Assembly: GCF_000025125.1 (NCBI RefSeq)
Contig: NC_013771.1
Location: 990,001 to 1,022,000 of the forward strand
Reading direction: 5' to 3'
From: Candidatus Atelocyanobacterium thalassa isolate ALOHA
GTDB lineage: Bacteria; Cyanobacteriota; Cyanobacteriia; Cyanobacteriales; Microcystaceae
Length of the DNA stretch: 32,000 nt
Below are positions 9,496 to 19,346 of the stretch, piece by piece (the stretch's first letter is position 1; each line of letters starts with the position of its first letter). Under the pieces are notes generated by a model. It ran no database searches and had not been told where the DNA came from. It saw only the letters and a program-made list of their open reading frames with translations. The position numbers and the translations under genes are program-made.

Positions 9496-9905
9496 TAGTA
9501 AGGTTTCTCCATGCTTGATTTGCTTTTAGATGTACTAAATATACGATAACTTTCCGTATTAAATTCAAATTTTCTTTTCATCGCGTCGTATTTAAGAATT
9601 CTTATAAAAAATCCCATGGGAGTTACTACAATAAAAAAAATAATTCCCAAAATTATTCTACTATTAACCCATGAAGCTATTTCTGCAAAGAGCATCCATC
9701 CTTTATAAAATGGTAAAAGAAAATTTGGGGAAATAAAAGAGAAAATAAGAAAAAGTGTACCAATTATCCATGAGACTACAGAATAAGAATGTCCTAGTAA
9801 AGTGGGAATAAATAAACCAAAAAATAGGGTAAAGGTTGTTCCCATCAATATTCCGAAAGACATTAACTTTTTATTGTTTGTTTTTTGAGGCATATAATAA
9901 AACAT
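9495..9905 (-). CDS. SxtJ-like small polytopic membrane protein
   Basis: 136 aa with about 4 predicted TM segments. It starts 22 nt downstream of the carbamoyltransferase stop and is overlapped by the DUF5989-like ORF. The call rests on this conserved gene context (carbamoyltransferase, SxtJ-like, SxtK-like) rather than a motif I can name. Alternative internal starts (M5, M15) are possible. Confidence 0.5.
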   Translation of the reverse strand: MFYYMPQKTNNKKLMSFGILMGTTFTLFFGLFIPTLLGHSYSVVSWIIGTLFLIFSFISPNFLLPFYKGWMLFAEIASWVNSRIILGIIFFIVVTPMGFFIRILKYDAMKRKFEFNTESYRIFSTSKSKSSMEKPY

Positions 9906-9927
9906 GTTTCTAGTATCTATTTATAAA

Positions 9928-11775
9928 TTAATCTAATTCAAACTCATTTTGCCAAGATTTATCATGTTTCCATTTAGGTTGATCTACCTTTTTAAGTACA
10001 TAGTCATTGATTACCAAGTAATCCATCTCAGTTCTCATAAAACAACGATAAGCGTCTTCGGGTGTACAGACGATAGGTTCGCCTCTTACATTAAAAGATG
10101 TGTTAATTAAAACTCCACATCCTGTTAAAGCTTCAAAATGCTTGATTAATTGATAATATCTAGAATTATTCGCAGGATTTACTGTTTGTATCCTAGCTGA
10201 GTAATCAACATGAGTAACTGCAGGAATAGTTGATCGAACAGCCTTCAATTTATCTATACCAAATAAACTTTGAGTTTCTTTTTGGTTATTTATACGTAAG
10301 TCTTCTTTAACTTTAGCAACTATTAACATATAGTCACTAGGTTTTTCTAACTCAAAGTATTGTGAGGCTTTTTCTGTTAATACAGAAGGAGCGAAAGGAC
10401 GAAAAGACTCTCTATATTTAATTTTTAAATTCATAATAGATTGCATCTCTTGATTTCGTGGATCACCAAGAATAGATCTATTACCTAGTGCTCGAGGTCC
10501 AAATTCCATACGTCCCTGGAACCAACCCACAACATATCCTTTGGATAAAATTGAGGCCACTTCATTAAGAAGTTCATCTTCTTCTTTAAAATAATTATAT
10601 TTAGCTTTTACATCATCAAGATATTCTTGAGTCTCGTCATTATTAAACTGGGGTCCTAAGTACGAACCTTGCATCATATCAGGTTCATTTATGTTTAAGT
10701 GACGTTCGTTACTAAGATATTGATACCAGACTGCTAGCGCAGCTCCAACGGAACCACCTGCATCTCCAGCCGCAGGTTGTATCCAAATATTTTTAAAATT
10801 TGTTTCCTGATATATTCTTCCATTAGCAACACAATTTAAAGCAACTCCACCTGCTAAACAAAGGTTATCTGTTTTTAGTTCTTGATAAGCTGTATTAGCC
10901 AACCTTAAGACCACTTCTTCAGTTACTTTTTGTATAGAAGCGGCAATATCCATTTCGTGTTGTGTAATTTTATTTTCTGCTTTGCGAGGAGGTTGGCCAA
11001 AGAGACGAGAAAATTTATTATTAATCATTTTTAGTCCCATGGCATAGTTGAAATATTCCATGTTTAAGCGAAAACTACCATCTGCTTTTATGTCAATTAA
11101 ATTTTCTAAAATTAAATTGACATATTTTGGCTCTCCATAAGGAGCTAATCCCATTAACTTATATTCTCCAGAATTAACTTTAAATCCAGTATAGTAAGTG
11201 AAAGCAGAATATAATAACCCTAAAGAATGAGGAAAATGAAGCTCCCATCTAGGTGTTATTCGATTTGATTCTCCAAGCCATAAAGATGTTGTTGCCCATT
11301 CTCCAACAGCATCCAAACATAAAATTGCAGCATTGTCGAAAGGACTAGGAAAAAAAGCAGAAGCAACATGTGATTGATGATGTTCCGTAAATAGTAGGGG
11401 AGGAAGTTGACCAACTTTACAATTAGCTAGTTTTGCTAACTCTTTTTTGAGAACTGTTTTTAGATAAAGTTTTTCTTTTAACCATACTGTCATAGCAGAA
11501 ATGAAAGAATGAAAACCTTGAGGGGCGTATGCTATATAGGTTTCCAAAAGACGCTCAAAGGTTATTAAAGGTTTCTCGTAAAAAACAATATAATCTAATT
11601 TTCTCAAAGGTATTTTTGCTTCTTCTAAAGCATAAGCAATAGCATTTTTAGGAAATCTCGCATCATGTTTTTTACGAGTAAATCTTTCTTCTTGTGCAGC
11701 AGCTATAATACGACCTGATTTAACTAATGCTGCTGCACTGTCATGGTAATAAGCAGAAATTCCTAAAATATTCAT
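9928..11775 (-). CDS. Carbamoyltransferase, NodU/CmcH family
   Basis: 615 aa. N-terminal MNILGISAYYHDSAAALV...AAQEERFTRKKHD (Kae1/ASKHA-like domain). LCLAGGVALNCVANG. C-terminal YrdC-like/carbamoyl-AMP domain (NTSFNVRGEPIVCTPEDA). A GAGGA Shine-Dalgarno-like sequence lies upstream of the ATG. Confidence 0.85.
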   Translation of the reverse strand: MNILGISAYYHDSAAALVKSGRIIAAAQEERFTRKKHDARFPKNAIAYALEEAKIPLRKLDYIVFYEKPLITFERLLETYIAYAPQGFHSFISAMTVWLKEKLYLKTVLKKELAKLANCKVGQLPPLLFTEHHQSHVASAFFPSPFDNAAILCLDAVGEWATTSLWLGESNRITPRWELHFPHSLGLLYSAFTYYTGFKVNSGEYKLMGLAPYGEPKYVNLILENLIDIKADGSFRLNMEYFNYAMGLKMINNKFSRLFGQPPRKAENKITQHEMDIAASIQKVTEEVVLRLANTAYQELKTDNLCLAGGVALNCVANGRIYQETNFKNIWIQPAAGDAGGSVGAALAVWYQYLSNERHLNINEPDMMQGSYLGPQFNNDETQEYLDDVKAKYNYFKEEDELLNEVASILSKGYVVGWFQGRMEFGPRALGNRSILGDPRNQEMQSIMNLKIKYRESFRPFAPSVLTEKASQYFELEKPSDYMLIVAKVKEDLRINNQKETQSLFGIDKLKAVRSTIPAVTHVDYSARIQTVNPANNSRYYQLIKHFEALTGCGVLINTSFNVRGEPIVCTPEDAYRCFMRTEMDYLVINDYVLKKVDQPKWKHDKSWQNEFELD

Positions 11776-11958
11776 CTTAAATTTAATTCCTCACTTTGAT
11801 TTGATAAAACGTAACTAATCTCACAAAAAATGTATATTATATCAGGATTCTAATATGTTAGTTAATCGATAGCTCATAACTTGGATTTAAAAAAATAAGG
11901 TATGTAAGAAACCATACATATATTAAATTACTATAAATCTTTCTTACTATTTAATTGA

Positions 11959-12005
11959 TTAGTTGCTTGAAAAAATATTAAAGTTACTTTTTTTCAAGCA
12001 ACTAA
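11959..12005. repeat. Orphan perfect hairpin (17-bp stem, 13-nt loop) in the middle of a 563-bp divergent intergenic spacer
   Basis: TTAGTTGCTTGAAAAAA (11959-11975) pairs perfectly with TTTTTTCAAGCAACTAA (11989-12005). No ORF ends nearby on either strand. Confidence 0.4.
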
Positions 12006-12338
12006 GGCTAATTTCTTAATAAAAAGTCAGCAACTTTTCATTAACTCTTCATGAAGAATTATAATTTATTTTTTATTAAAATTTATTTCTCAAGACACCT
12101 TAGCTACTACTTAGTGAGAAAACCGTGATTTATCTAAAATCAAGGCATATAATTATAAAAAATTAGCTATTTGATTCATGGAATATAAATTTATTCTTAA
12201 AAAAAATCTTATGATAAATAACATAATCAACTTATTTATAAATAAGAGATAATGAGAAATACTTTTGACTTTTAATTATTCAATCTTATTAAAGATTAAT
12301 ATAATAAATAATATTTAATATTTTAATTTAAACTTTAG

Positions 12339-14135
12339 ATGCGAACTCATTACTGTAATCAACTAAGTGCGATGGATCTTGGTACGAATGTTACCCTTTT
12401 TGGATGGGTTGATCGTCGTCGAGATCACGGAGGAGTGATTTTTATAGACTTACGAGATCATACTGGTATTATTCAAATTGTTAGCGATCCGAAACATAAT
12501 TCTTCATCTTATGAAACTGCTGAAAGATTACGTAATGAATATGTTATTAAAATCATAGGTAAAGTTAGTTGTCGTCCTTCAGATTCTCTAAACTCAAAGA
12601 TGAAAACTGGAGAAATAGAAATATATGCAGACTCTATTGAAATACTTAGTGTAGTAAATAAAAAACTACCTTTTAGTATCTCAGGCTCAGAAGAAGAATT
12701 AATAAAAGAAGAAACTCGTCTTAGATATCGCTACCTAGATTTAAGACGAGAAAAAATGTTAAGCAATTTACAGCTTCGTCATAAAGTGATTAAAACTATA
12801 CGACACTATTTAGAAGATTACCAGAACTTTATAGAAGTAGAAACTCCTATCCTAACTAGGTCTACTCCTGAAGGAGCACGAGATTATTTAGTTCCTTCCA
12901 GAGTAAATTTTGGACAATGGTATGCTTTGCCGCAGTCCCCTCAATTGTTTAAACAGCTGCTTATGGTATCAGGCTTTGATCGTTATTATCAAGTAGCAAG
13001 ATGTTTCCGTGATGAAGACTTAAGGGCTGATAGACAACCTGAGTTTACTCAACTAGACATGGAGATGAGTTTCATGTCTGAGGATGAAATTTTAGATCTA
13101 AACGAAGGTTTAATTTGTCATATTTTTAAGACTATTAAAAATGTAGAATTATCTCGTCCTTTTCCACGTTTAACATATCAATATGTTATGGAAAATTATG
13201 GGACAGACTGTCCAGATACTCGTTTTGACTTAACTTTAGTTGATGTATCTGATATTCTTCGAAATAGTAAATTTAAAGTATTTTCGGAAGCAATTAAAAA
13301 TTCAGGAAGTGTAAAAGTATTACCTATACCTGAAGGTAATAGTGCGATCTCCAACGTTCGAATCAAGTCAGGAGGAGATCTTTTCCAAGAAGCAGTAGAA
13401 TCAGGCTCTAAGGGGATTGTTTATATTCGAGTAAAAGAAGATTCTCAGATAGAAACTATTGGAGCAATAAAAGATAATTTAACCAATGAACAGAAAAAAG
13501 ATTTACTAGAGAAAACAGGAGCAAAACCTGGTCATCTACTATTGATTAGTGCTGGGGATACGGCGCTAGTTAATAAATCCTTATCTCGCTTAAGACTAAT
13601 AATTGGGAAACAGATGAATCTTATTGATAAAAATAAAATAAATTTGTTATGGGTAACAGAATTTCCATTATTTGAATGGAATCCTGATGAACAACGATTC
13701 GAATCGTTGCACCATCCATTTACCTGTCCTAATACTTCAGACTTAAATGATCTGACCACAGCCAGAGCACAAGCTTATGATTTGATATTTAATGGAATAG
13801 AAGTTGGCGGTGGAAGCTTGAGGATTTATCAGAAAGATATTCAAAAAAAAGTTTTTCAAACCATTGGATTATCAGAGGAAGAAATTCATAATAAATTTCA
13901 ATTTATATTAGATGCTTTTGAATATGGAGCGCCTCCTCATGGAGGGATAGCTTATGGATTAGATCGGTTAATAATGTTACTGGCAGAAGAAGAATCTATT
14001 CGTGATGTTATAGCTTTTCCAAAAACTCAGCAAGCAAGTTGTCTACTTACGGAATCTCCTTCTTCAGTAGACTTTAAGCAATTACAGGAATTGCAAGTAA
14101 CTTCAACTTATAAGTCCGTAGATCAGAAAAATTAG
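12339..14135 (+). CDS. aspS: Aspartate--tRNA ligase (possibly non-discriminating, as is usual in cyanobacteria)
   Basis: 598 aa. N-terminal OB anticodon-binding domain ([19 protein letters not shown]). Motif 2 [30 protein letters not shown]. Motif 3 [17 protein letters not shown]. Confidence 0.92.
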   Translation: MRTHYCNQLSAMDLGTNVTLFGWVDRRRDHGGVIFIDLRDHTGIIQIVSDPKHNSSSYETAERLRNEYVIKIIGKVSCRPSDSLNSKMKTGEIEIYADSIEILSVVNKKLPFSISGSEEELIKEETRLRYRYLDLRREKMLSNLQLRHKVIKTIRHYLEDYQNFIEVETPILTRSTPEGARDYLVPSRVNFGQWYALPQSPQLFKQLLMVSGFDRYYQVARCFRDEDLRADRQPEFTQLDMEMSFMSEDEILDLNEGLICHIFKTIKNVELSRPFPRLTYQYVMENYGTDCPDTRFDLTLVDVSDILRNSKFKVFSEAIKNSGSVKVLPIPEGNSAISNVRIKSGGDLFQEAVESGSKGIVYIRVKEDSQIETIGAIKDNLTNEQKKDLLEKTGAKPGHLLLISAGDTALVNKSLSRLRLIIGKQMNLIDKNKINLLWVTEFPLFEWNPDEQRFESLHHPFTCPNTSDLNDLTTARAQAYDLIFNGIEVGGGSLRIYQKDIQKKVFQTIGLSEEEIHNKFQFILDAFEYGAPPHGGIAYGLDRLIMLLAEEESIRDVIAFPKTQQASCLLTESPSSVDFKQLQELQVTSTYKSVDQKN

Positions 14136-14222
14136 TATAAATAATTCCTATGCTAATTTTGACTGGCTTTAGACATAAATTATTCAAATATGACTGAAAG
14201 TAATAATAAAATTGTTCTCTAA

Positions 14223-15380
14223 CTATTCACTTTTATCAATTCTAACTATAGGGTCTTCACCATTTTCTCTAATAACACGAATTAATAAACCTGATAAAGT
14301 CAAACTAGCAATAATAGAACTTCCTCCGTAACTCCATAAAGGTAGTGGCAATCCGGTTGTGGGTAACAGTCCGATTGTGACACCAATATTCAATAAAGCT
14401 TGGCCAACCATCATAATCATGCTGCCAACAGCAATTAATCTTTTGACTGGATGAGTACAGTTTATTAAAATTTTTAGTGTGAAAGTTGCATATACAAATA
14501 ATAATAGCAACAAAAATATACTTCCGATAAAACCAAACTCTTCAGCATAAACTGAAAAAATAAAATCAGTGTAATGAATAGGTAGATATGACCATTTCTG
14601 TATAGATTGTCCATACCCTAACCCAAAAATTCCTCCAGACCCTACAGCTATTAAACTTTGTATTAACTGATAACCATCAGTCTTAGCTATTTCATCTTTC
14701 CAAGGATCAAGGAAGGATAGAATTCTTTTAAGTTGATATCTATGAGTATAAACACTAAATGAAGCAGCTGATAAACCACTAGCAGCTGCCGTTATTAAGT
14801 ATCTTACAGGAATTCCAGATGCAAGAGCAATTAACCACAGACTAATGCCACATAGAGCTGTGGTACTCAAATTAGGCTGTATTAGAATACCTGCTAAAAC
14901 AGCTGAGAATATCAATATCCACTGTATCTTGATACGTAATGAATGACGGTGCCAAAAGCCAAAGATATAAGCACTTTGCAGTACCAAAAATGGTTTAATT
15001 AGTTCTGAAGGTTGAATAATAGCAGGACCTATTTTGATCCAACGAGTCGCACCATTAACTGTATGACCTAATCCTGTTTTAGTTAATAAAATTAGACTGA
15101 GCAAGAAAAAAATAAAAAAAGGAACAAACTTCATTAAATATTTTAATGGCATCTTAACAATTATATTAAATCCCTGTAACCCTATCCATATCCAAATAGT
15201 TTGACGAATTATATAATGAAAACCATTACCAAAATCTTGTTGAGCACTGTGATAAGACGCAGAAAAAAGAGCAATAATACCTAAAAATAACCATAAAAAA
15301 GTTAACCAGCGTAAAAATCTAGCTTCTTTCGACCATTCTTTAATACTAGGATCAATGATAGGAATAAAAAAATTGAACAT
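14223..15380 (-). CDS. ftsW: SEDS-family peptidoglycan glycosyltransferase, FtsW-type
   Basis: 385 aa with about 10 TM segments. The FtsW/RodA/SpoVE pattern is present (RWIKIGPAIIQPSELIKP, GYQLIQSLIAVGSGGIFGLGYG, HTDFIFSVYAEEFGFIG, PLPLWSYGGSS). The N-terminal EARFLRWLTFLWL resembles cyanobacterial FtsW more than RodA, so the symbol is less certain than the family. Confidence 0.7.
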   Translation of the reverse strand: MFNFFIPIIDPSIKEWSKEARFLRWLTFLWLFLGIIALFSASYHSAQQDFGNGFHYIIRQTIWIWIGLQGFNIIVKMPLKYLMKFVPFFIFFLLSLILLTKTGLGHTVNGATRWIKIGPAIIQPSELIKPFLVLQSAYIFGFWHRHSLRIKIQWILIFSAVLAGILIQPNLSTTALCGISLWLIALASGIPVRYLITAAASGLSAASFSVYTHRYQLKRILSFLDPWKDEIAKTDGYQLIQSLIAVGSGGIFGLGYGQSIQKWSYLPIHYTDFIFSVYAEEFGFIGSIFLLLLLFVYATFTLKILINCTHPVKRLIAVGSMIMMVGQALLNIGVTIGLLPTTGLPLPLWSYGGSSIIASLTLSGLLIRVIRENGEDPIVRIDKSE

Positions 15381-15507
15381 AAATAATTTATTATTATTTG
15401 AAATATTGTAGTAAAGCTTTAGTAACTAATTATTTACAAAATAAATATATTAAAAAATTATTTTATATCTTAGGATAGTTGGATTTAAATTAAGGTTTTT
15501 GTATCTT

Positions 15508-15537
15508 TGATTTGTCAAAAATTTTTTTGACAAATCA
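15508..15537 (-). terminator. Candidate terminator hairpin downstream of cofH
   Basis: TGATTTGTCAAAAA / TTTTTGACAAATCA form a perfect 14-nt inverted repeat separated by 2 nt. It lies 41 nt downstream of the cofH stop codon. There is no clean U-tract after the stem. Confidence 0.4.
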
Positions 15538-15577
15538 TCTTTCATAAAAAGTTAGTATTATTGATACAGCTAATATA

Positions 15578-16732
15578 CTAATAAACTTGATCACTATTGT
15601 AATCGTATAAAGTTTTTCGTGATTTATAATAGCGATTGATTGATTTAATAACTTGTTGAAATTTTTCTGCGGATATATAAGTACCATTTTTAGCTCCAGC
15701 CATAGCTGAAATGTTCTCTTCCATTAATGTGCCACCAAAATCATTACAACCCCACTTGAGCGTTTCAACAGCTCGATACAAGCCTAACTTAACCCAACTT
15801 GGCTGGTGATTAGGTATCCATTTTCCCAAAAAAATTCTTGATACAGCTGTAAGTAAAAAGATTTTATCAAAATTAAGCTCTTGACTTTGTAAATACTTAC
15901 TAGGAAAACTAGAGATATTCTTACTAATAAAAGGTAATAAAATAAATTCTGTGATTTTAGCAGGATATTTTTGCTCAATAGATTTTCTTTGTAGATTTCT
16001 TAAGTGACTTAAATGTTCTACCTGTTCCTGTATATTTTCAATGTGACCACATAGCATTGTACTACTCGTATATATACCTAACGAATGAGCTAAACTAATA
16101 ATCTCAATCCATGTATTACTATTAATTTTTTCAGGACAAATTTGATTTCTCACCTGATCATTCAGAATTTCAGCTGCAGTTCCTGGTATAGAATCTAAAC
16201 CAGCTTTTTTAAGTTCTGTTATTACATATATGTAACTTAATTTATCCTCTTGAGAGATAAATACTATTTCTTGAGGAGAAAATGCATGTATATGGATTTT
16301 GGGAAATCTTTGTTTAATCGAGATAATAATTTTTTGATAATATTTCAGAGAACTTTTTTCTATTTTAAGATTTGGATTTAAGCCACCCTGAATACAAACT
16401 TCAGTAGCCCCTTTTTTTAAAGCATTGGTTATTTTTTGAATAATATTTTCTAAGTTTAGAGTATATGAGTTTTGATCCTCTACATCTTTTCCAAATCCAC
16501 AAAAATGACATTTTTGCTTACAAATATTAGTAAAATTTATATTTTGATTTACAACATAAGTGACATTGTTTCCGGCTTGCTTTTGTCGGAGACAATCGGC
16601 TGTCTGACGTATTTTATTAATCATACGTTTATTAGTTTGAGAAAGAAGAACAATTGCTTCATCTTCTGATAAATCAATTTCATTTCCTGCTTTCCTTAGA
16701 ATATCTACTACGGCTTTTTCTTGGTATAGCAT
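15578..16732 (-). CDS. cofH: FO synthase subunit 2 (5-amino-6-(D-ribitylamino)uracil--L-tyrosine 4-hydroxyphenyl transferase), radical SAM
   Basis: 384 aa. VTYVVNQNINFTNICKQKCHFCGF contains the radical-SAM CX3CX2C motif and the CofH-type VNxNINFTN context. Cyanobacteria normally encode split cofG and cofH, and make phylloquinone by the Men pathway rather than the futalosine pathway. Confidence 0.7.
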   Translation of the reverse strand: MLYQEKAVVDILRKAGNEIDLSEDEAIVLLSQTNKRMINKIRQTADCLRQKQAGNNVTYVVNQNINFTNICKQKCHFCGFGKDVEDQNSYTLNLENIIQKITNALKKGATEVCIQGGLNPNLKIEKSSLKYYQKIIISIKQRFPKIHIHAFSPQEIVFISQEDKLSYIYVITELKKAGLDSIPGTAAEILNDQVRNQICPEKINSNTWIEIISLAHSLGIYTSSTMLCGHIENIQEQVEHLSHLRNLQRKSIEQKYPAKITEFILLPFISKNISSFPSKYLQSQELNFDKIFLLTAVSRIFLGKWIPNHQPSWVKLGLYRAVETLKWGCNDFGGTLMEENISAMAGAKNGTYISAEKFQQVIKSINRYYKSRKTLYDYNSDQVY

Positions 16733-17155
16733 TAATAAATAATGTTTTTATTGCACAAGAATATTGAAATAGAAATAAAGTTACCTTTAAAGTATATTAA
16801 TATTTAATTAATCGTTACTAAAATAATAAAAAACAAGCTAAAGAAAAACTTTTGACAACCTATACTATATATTTTTAATATATTGGTTTAAAATATATTT
16901 TGTAAAATTATTAATCATACTAAGCTAAATAACTTTTAATGCCTGTTTAAATAAAACTATTTTTTGTTTGAATAATTAAGAACATAAAATCTTTAAAATA
17001 GGGATATTACTTAGGATGTTTCCTACTTCTTAAATGATATCAAAAAAAATCTTTTCTCTCTACTAGATCTAAAAACTTTCAAAAAGACAGGGAGCGCTAA
17101 TAGTAGCGATTACTGTTATTATTGTTTCTAATTTATAATAAAGGATGTCCATGTT

Positions 17156-18148
17156 GTGAATAAATCTACGATTTTAGTTACAGGAGGAGCTGGATATATT
17201 GGCTCTCATGTAGCTTTATTACTTAAAAAAGCAGGATATAATATTCTTATTCTCGATAATCTTTCTTTCGGTCATTCTGAAATTGTAAGAGATGTTTTAG
17301 ACGTTGAGCTTATTATTGGAGATACTAATGATCGCCTTTTATTAGATAAAATTTTCGCAACAAGAAATATTTGTGCTGTAATGCATTTTGCTGCCTTCCT
17401 TGCAGTAGGAGAATCAGTTCATCATCCAGCTACATATTATAAAAACAACGTAGTAGGAACTTTAACTCTTTTAGAAGCGATGGTTTCTGCTAATATAAAT
17501 AAACTTATTTTTTCTTCTACTTGTTCTATATATGGGATATCTAATAATATTCCAATAACAGAAAACCATCCTAATAATCCTTTAAATCCATATGCTTCAA
17601 GTAAATATATGGTTGAGCAAATATTAAAAGACTTTGATCAAGCTTATAATTTAAAATCTGTAGTTTTTAGATACTTTAATGCTGCAGGGGCCGATCCTTC
17701 TGGAGATTTAGGAGAAGATCATACACCTGAAATTCATTTGATCCCCTTAGCTTTACTTACAGCTTTAAAAAAGAGAGAGCACCTTGTTATTTTCGGCACA
17801 GACTATGACACTCCTGATGGTACTGCAATTAGAGATTATATCCATGTCAGTGATTTAGCAACAGCTCACATTCTTGGTTTAGAATATCTTCTAAGCGGAG
17901 GAAGTAGCGATATGTTTAATTTAGGTAATGGAAATGGATTTTCTGTACGAGAAGTAATTGATGTCGTGAAAAAAATTACTGATGTAGATTTTCTAGTTAA
18001 AGAAGGTAAACGTCGACCAGGAGACGCACCCATACTAGTAGGAAGTGGGTTAAAAATTAAATCAAAGCTAAATTGGAAACCACAGTATCCTAGTCTGGAA
18101 ACTATAGTCGATCATGCCTGGAAGTGGCATCGCAAAAGACACAAATAG
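17156..18148 (+). CDS. galE: UDP-glucose 4-epimerase
   Basis: 330 aa. Rossmann motif VTGGAGYIGSH, catalytic YASSK (YxxxK), RYFNAAGADPSG, DYDTPDGTAIRDYIHVSDLA. GTG at 17156 is the only in-frame start after the upstream stop codon at 17129-17131. An AAGGA sequence lies about 10 nt upstream. Confidence 0.87.
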   Translation: MNKSTILVTGGAGYIGSHVALLLKKAGYNILILDNLSFGHSEIVRDVLDVELIIGDTNDRLLLDKIFATRNICAVMHFAAFLAVGESVHHPATYYKNNVVGTLTLLEAMVSANINKLIFSSTCSIYGISNNIPITENHPNNPLNPYASSKYMVEQILKDFDQAYNLKSVVFRYFNAAGADPSGDLGEDHTPEIHLIPLALLTALKKREHLVIFGTDYDTPDGTAIRDYIHVSDLATAHILGLEYLLSGGSSDMFNLGNGNGFSVREVIDVVKKITDVDFLVKEGKRRPGDAPILVGSGLKIKSKLNWKPQYPSLETIVDHAWKWHRKRHK

Positions 18149-18175
18149 ATTTAGTAATACTTACTAAATCTATTT
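18143..18175 (+). terminator. Hairpin overlapping the galE stop codon (15-bp perfect stem, 3-nt loop)
   Basis: AAATAGATTTAGTAA-tac-TTACTAAATCTATTT. The galE TAG stop (18146-18148) sits inside the left arm. The stem is A/T-rich. Confidence 0.5.
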
Positions 18176-18217
18176 AGATTAAACTGTGTATTTTCATGTT
18201 TCATCAATACTTTAATT

Positions 18218-18258
18218 TTAAAACTTATAGCCTATTTTAAATAGACTACAAGTTTTAA
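18218..18258 (-). terminator. Imperfect 41-nt palindrome downstream of acsF, followed by a U-rich tract on the minus strand
   Basis: The core ACTTATAGCCTATTT-t-AAATAGACTACAAGT forms 13/15 pairs, flanked by additional A-T pairs. It lies 12 nt downstream of the acsF stop codon. It shares the half-site TAGCCTATTTTAA with the rpsO/chlG terminator. Confidence 0.45.
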
Positions 18259-18269
18259 TTTGCAGCTTT

Positions 18270-19346
18270 TTAGCGTATATTCCCTTGTAAATGTTCAGTA
18301 TTAATCGGATTTATTAAATATAGCTTTAAAAGTTGGCTTGCATTAGATACTAGTATTGGTAATTTTCTTAAAAACTTTAGAGTATAATGTTGTTCAGAAG
18401 AATCTATTTCTCTTAATTTAGCGTTATTACTAACGCATATCTCTAAACGCTCATAGAATTTAGGATCTTTAAGGTTCAATATTACTGGAAAAACTCGTCC
18501 AGCTACTTCATTAGTTTTTTCAATAACATGCTTATCATAATCTCGAGCATTTAAACCAATAGCTGAGTAAAAATCACTCCTTTGAGTATCATTAAAATAC
18601 ATAGTTGCAAATACTGATAACAAGAAAAAGCGGCACCATAAACGGGCTTTCCAATCATTCAATATCTCAGGATTTGCTTTCATGATTGCATCAAAAAAAT
18701 CTCCATGACGATTTTCATCTTGACACCAATTTTCAAAAAAGTTAAATATAGGATATATCTTATTTTCAGGATTATTTTCTAGATGTCGATAAATTGTAAT
18801 ATAACGCCAATAGCCAATCTTTTCAGATAAATAAGTTGCATAAAAAATGAACTTAGGCTGGAAGAAAGTATAACTACGACTTTTGGTTAAAAACCCCAAA
18901 TCTAAAGTCATATTAAAGTCTGACAAAGCTTTATTTAAAAATCCAGCATGACGTGCTTCATCTCGTGACATTAATAAAAAACATTCTGCAAGAATAGGAT
19001 TTTTATTTTTTAAACGTCTTCCTAATTCCTTGTAAAGTAAAAAACCTGAGAATTCAGCTGTGCATGAACGTTCTAAAAATTCAACAAATAACTTACGAGT
19101 ATCTTCATCAAAATGGTCCCAAGTTTGAGAAAACTCTCCACGTCGAATAAAATGATAACGATTATAATCTGTACGAAACTCTTCAAGAATAGCTTTCAAT
19201 TCTTCTTCATTAATTGAAATATCCATCTTTGCTAATGCTTCAAAATCAGTCGTATAAAAACGGGGAGTTAAAAGAGTTTCTTTCGCTGTAGATTGAATGT
19301 TTGGATGTAGTTCTTTGAGTTTAGGTTTTTGAAGAGTATTTACCAT
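18270..19346 (-). CDS. acsF: Mg-protoporphyrin IX monomethyl ester (oxidative) cyclase
   Basis: 358 aa. Di-iron carboxylate motifs are present twice ([13 protein letters not shown]...RDEARHAGF and [12 protein letters not shown]). N-terminal [11 protein letters not shown] is typical of AcsF/ChlA/CHL27. Confidence 0.92.
   Translation of the reverse strand: MVNTLQKPKLKELHPNIQSTAKETLLTPRFYTTDFEALAKMDISINEEELKAILEEFRTDYNRYHFIRRGEFSQTWDHFDEDTRKLFVEFLERSCTAEFSGFLLYKELGRRLKNKNPILAECFLLMSRDEARHAGFLNKALSDFNMTLDLGFLTKSRSYTFFQPKFIFYATYLSEKIGYWRYITIYRHLENNPENKIYPIFNFFENWCQDENRHGDFFDAIMKANPEILNDWKARLWCRFFLLSVFATMYFNDTQRSDFYSAIGLNARDYDKHVIEKTNEVAGRVFPVILNLKDPKFYERLEICVSNNAKLREIDSSEQHYTLKFLRKLPILVSNASQLLKLYLINPINTEHLQGNIR

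Noticed and set aside
9334-11775. The carbamoyltransferase/SxtJ/SxtK trio as part of a saxitoxin or other toxin biosynthetic cluster
   Set aside because: No other sxt genes flank it (no PKS-like sxtA, amidinotransferase or similar) and no natural-product enzymes. It sits between hisS and aspS. Only the trio itself is conserved.
13532-13759. 75-aa minus-strand ORF inside aspS
   Set aside because: It is a shadow ORF antisense to a complete class II aaRS gene, with no motifs.
15784-16669. Two short ORFs (15784-15978 minus strand in an alternate frame, and 16472-16669 + strand) within cofH
   Set aside because: Both lie entirely inside the radical-SAM cofH reading frame. They have A/T-rich, hydrophobic-by-composition translations and no start-site context.
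15578-16732. The radical SAM protein as MqnC/MqnE (futalosine pathway)
   Set aside because: The VNxNINFTN context occurs in both families. However, cyanobacteria use the Men pathway for phylloquinone and do carry split cofG/cofH, so CofH is preferred. This remains an inference.
16852-16881. Sigma70-like promoter (TTGACA, 18-nt spacer, TAATAT) about 275 nt upstream of galE
   Set aside because: Hexamer matches of this quality are frequent in a spacer this A/T-rich. It is too far from the start codon to assign without transcription start site data.
17145-17159. Mini-uORF ATG TCC ATG TTG TGA overlapping the GTG start of galE
   Set aside because: It has only 4 codons and no independent ribosome-binding site. 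It most likely reflects chance in A/T-rich sequence.
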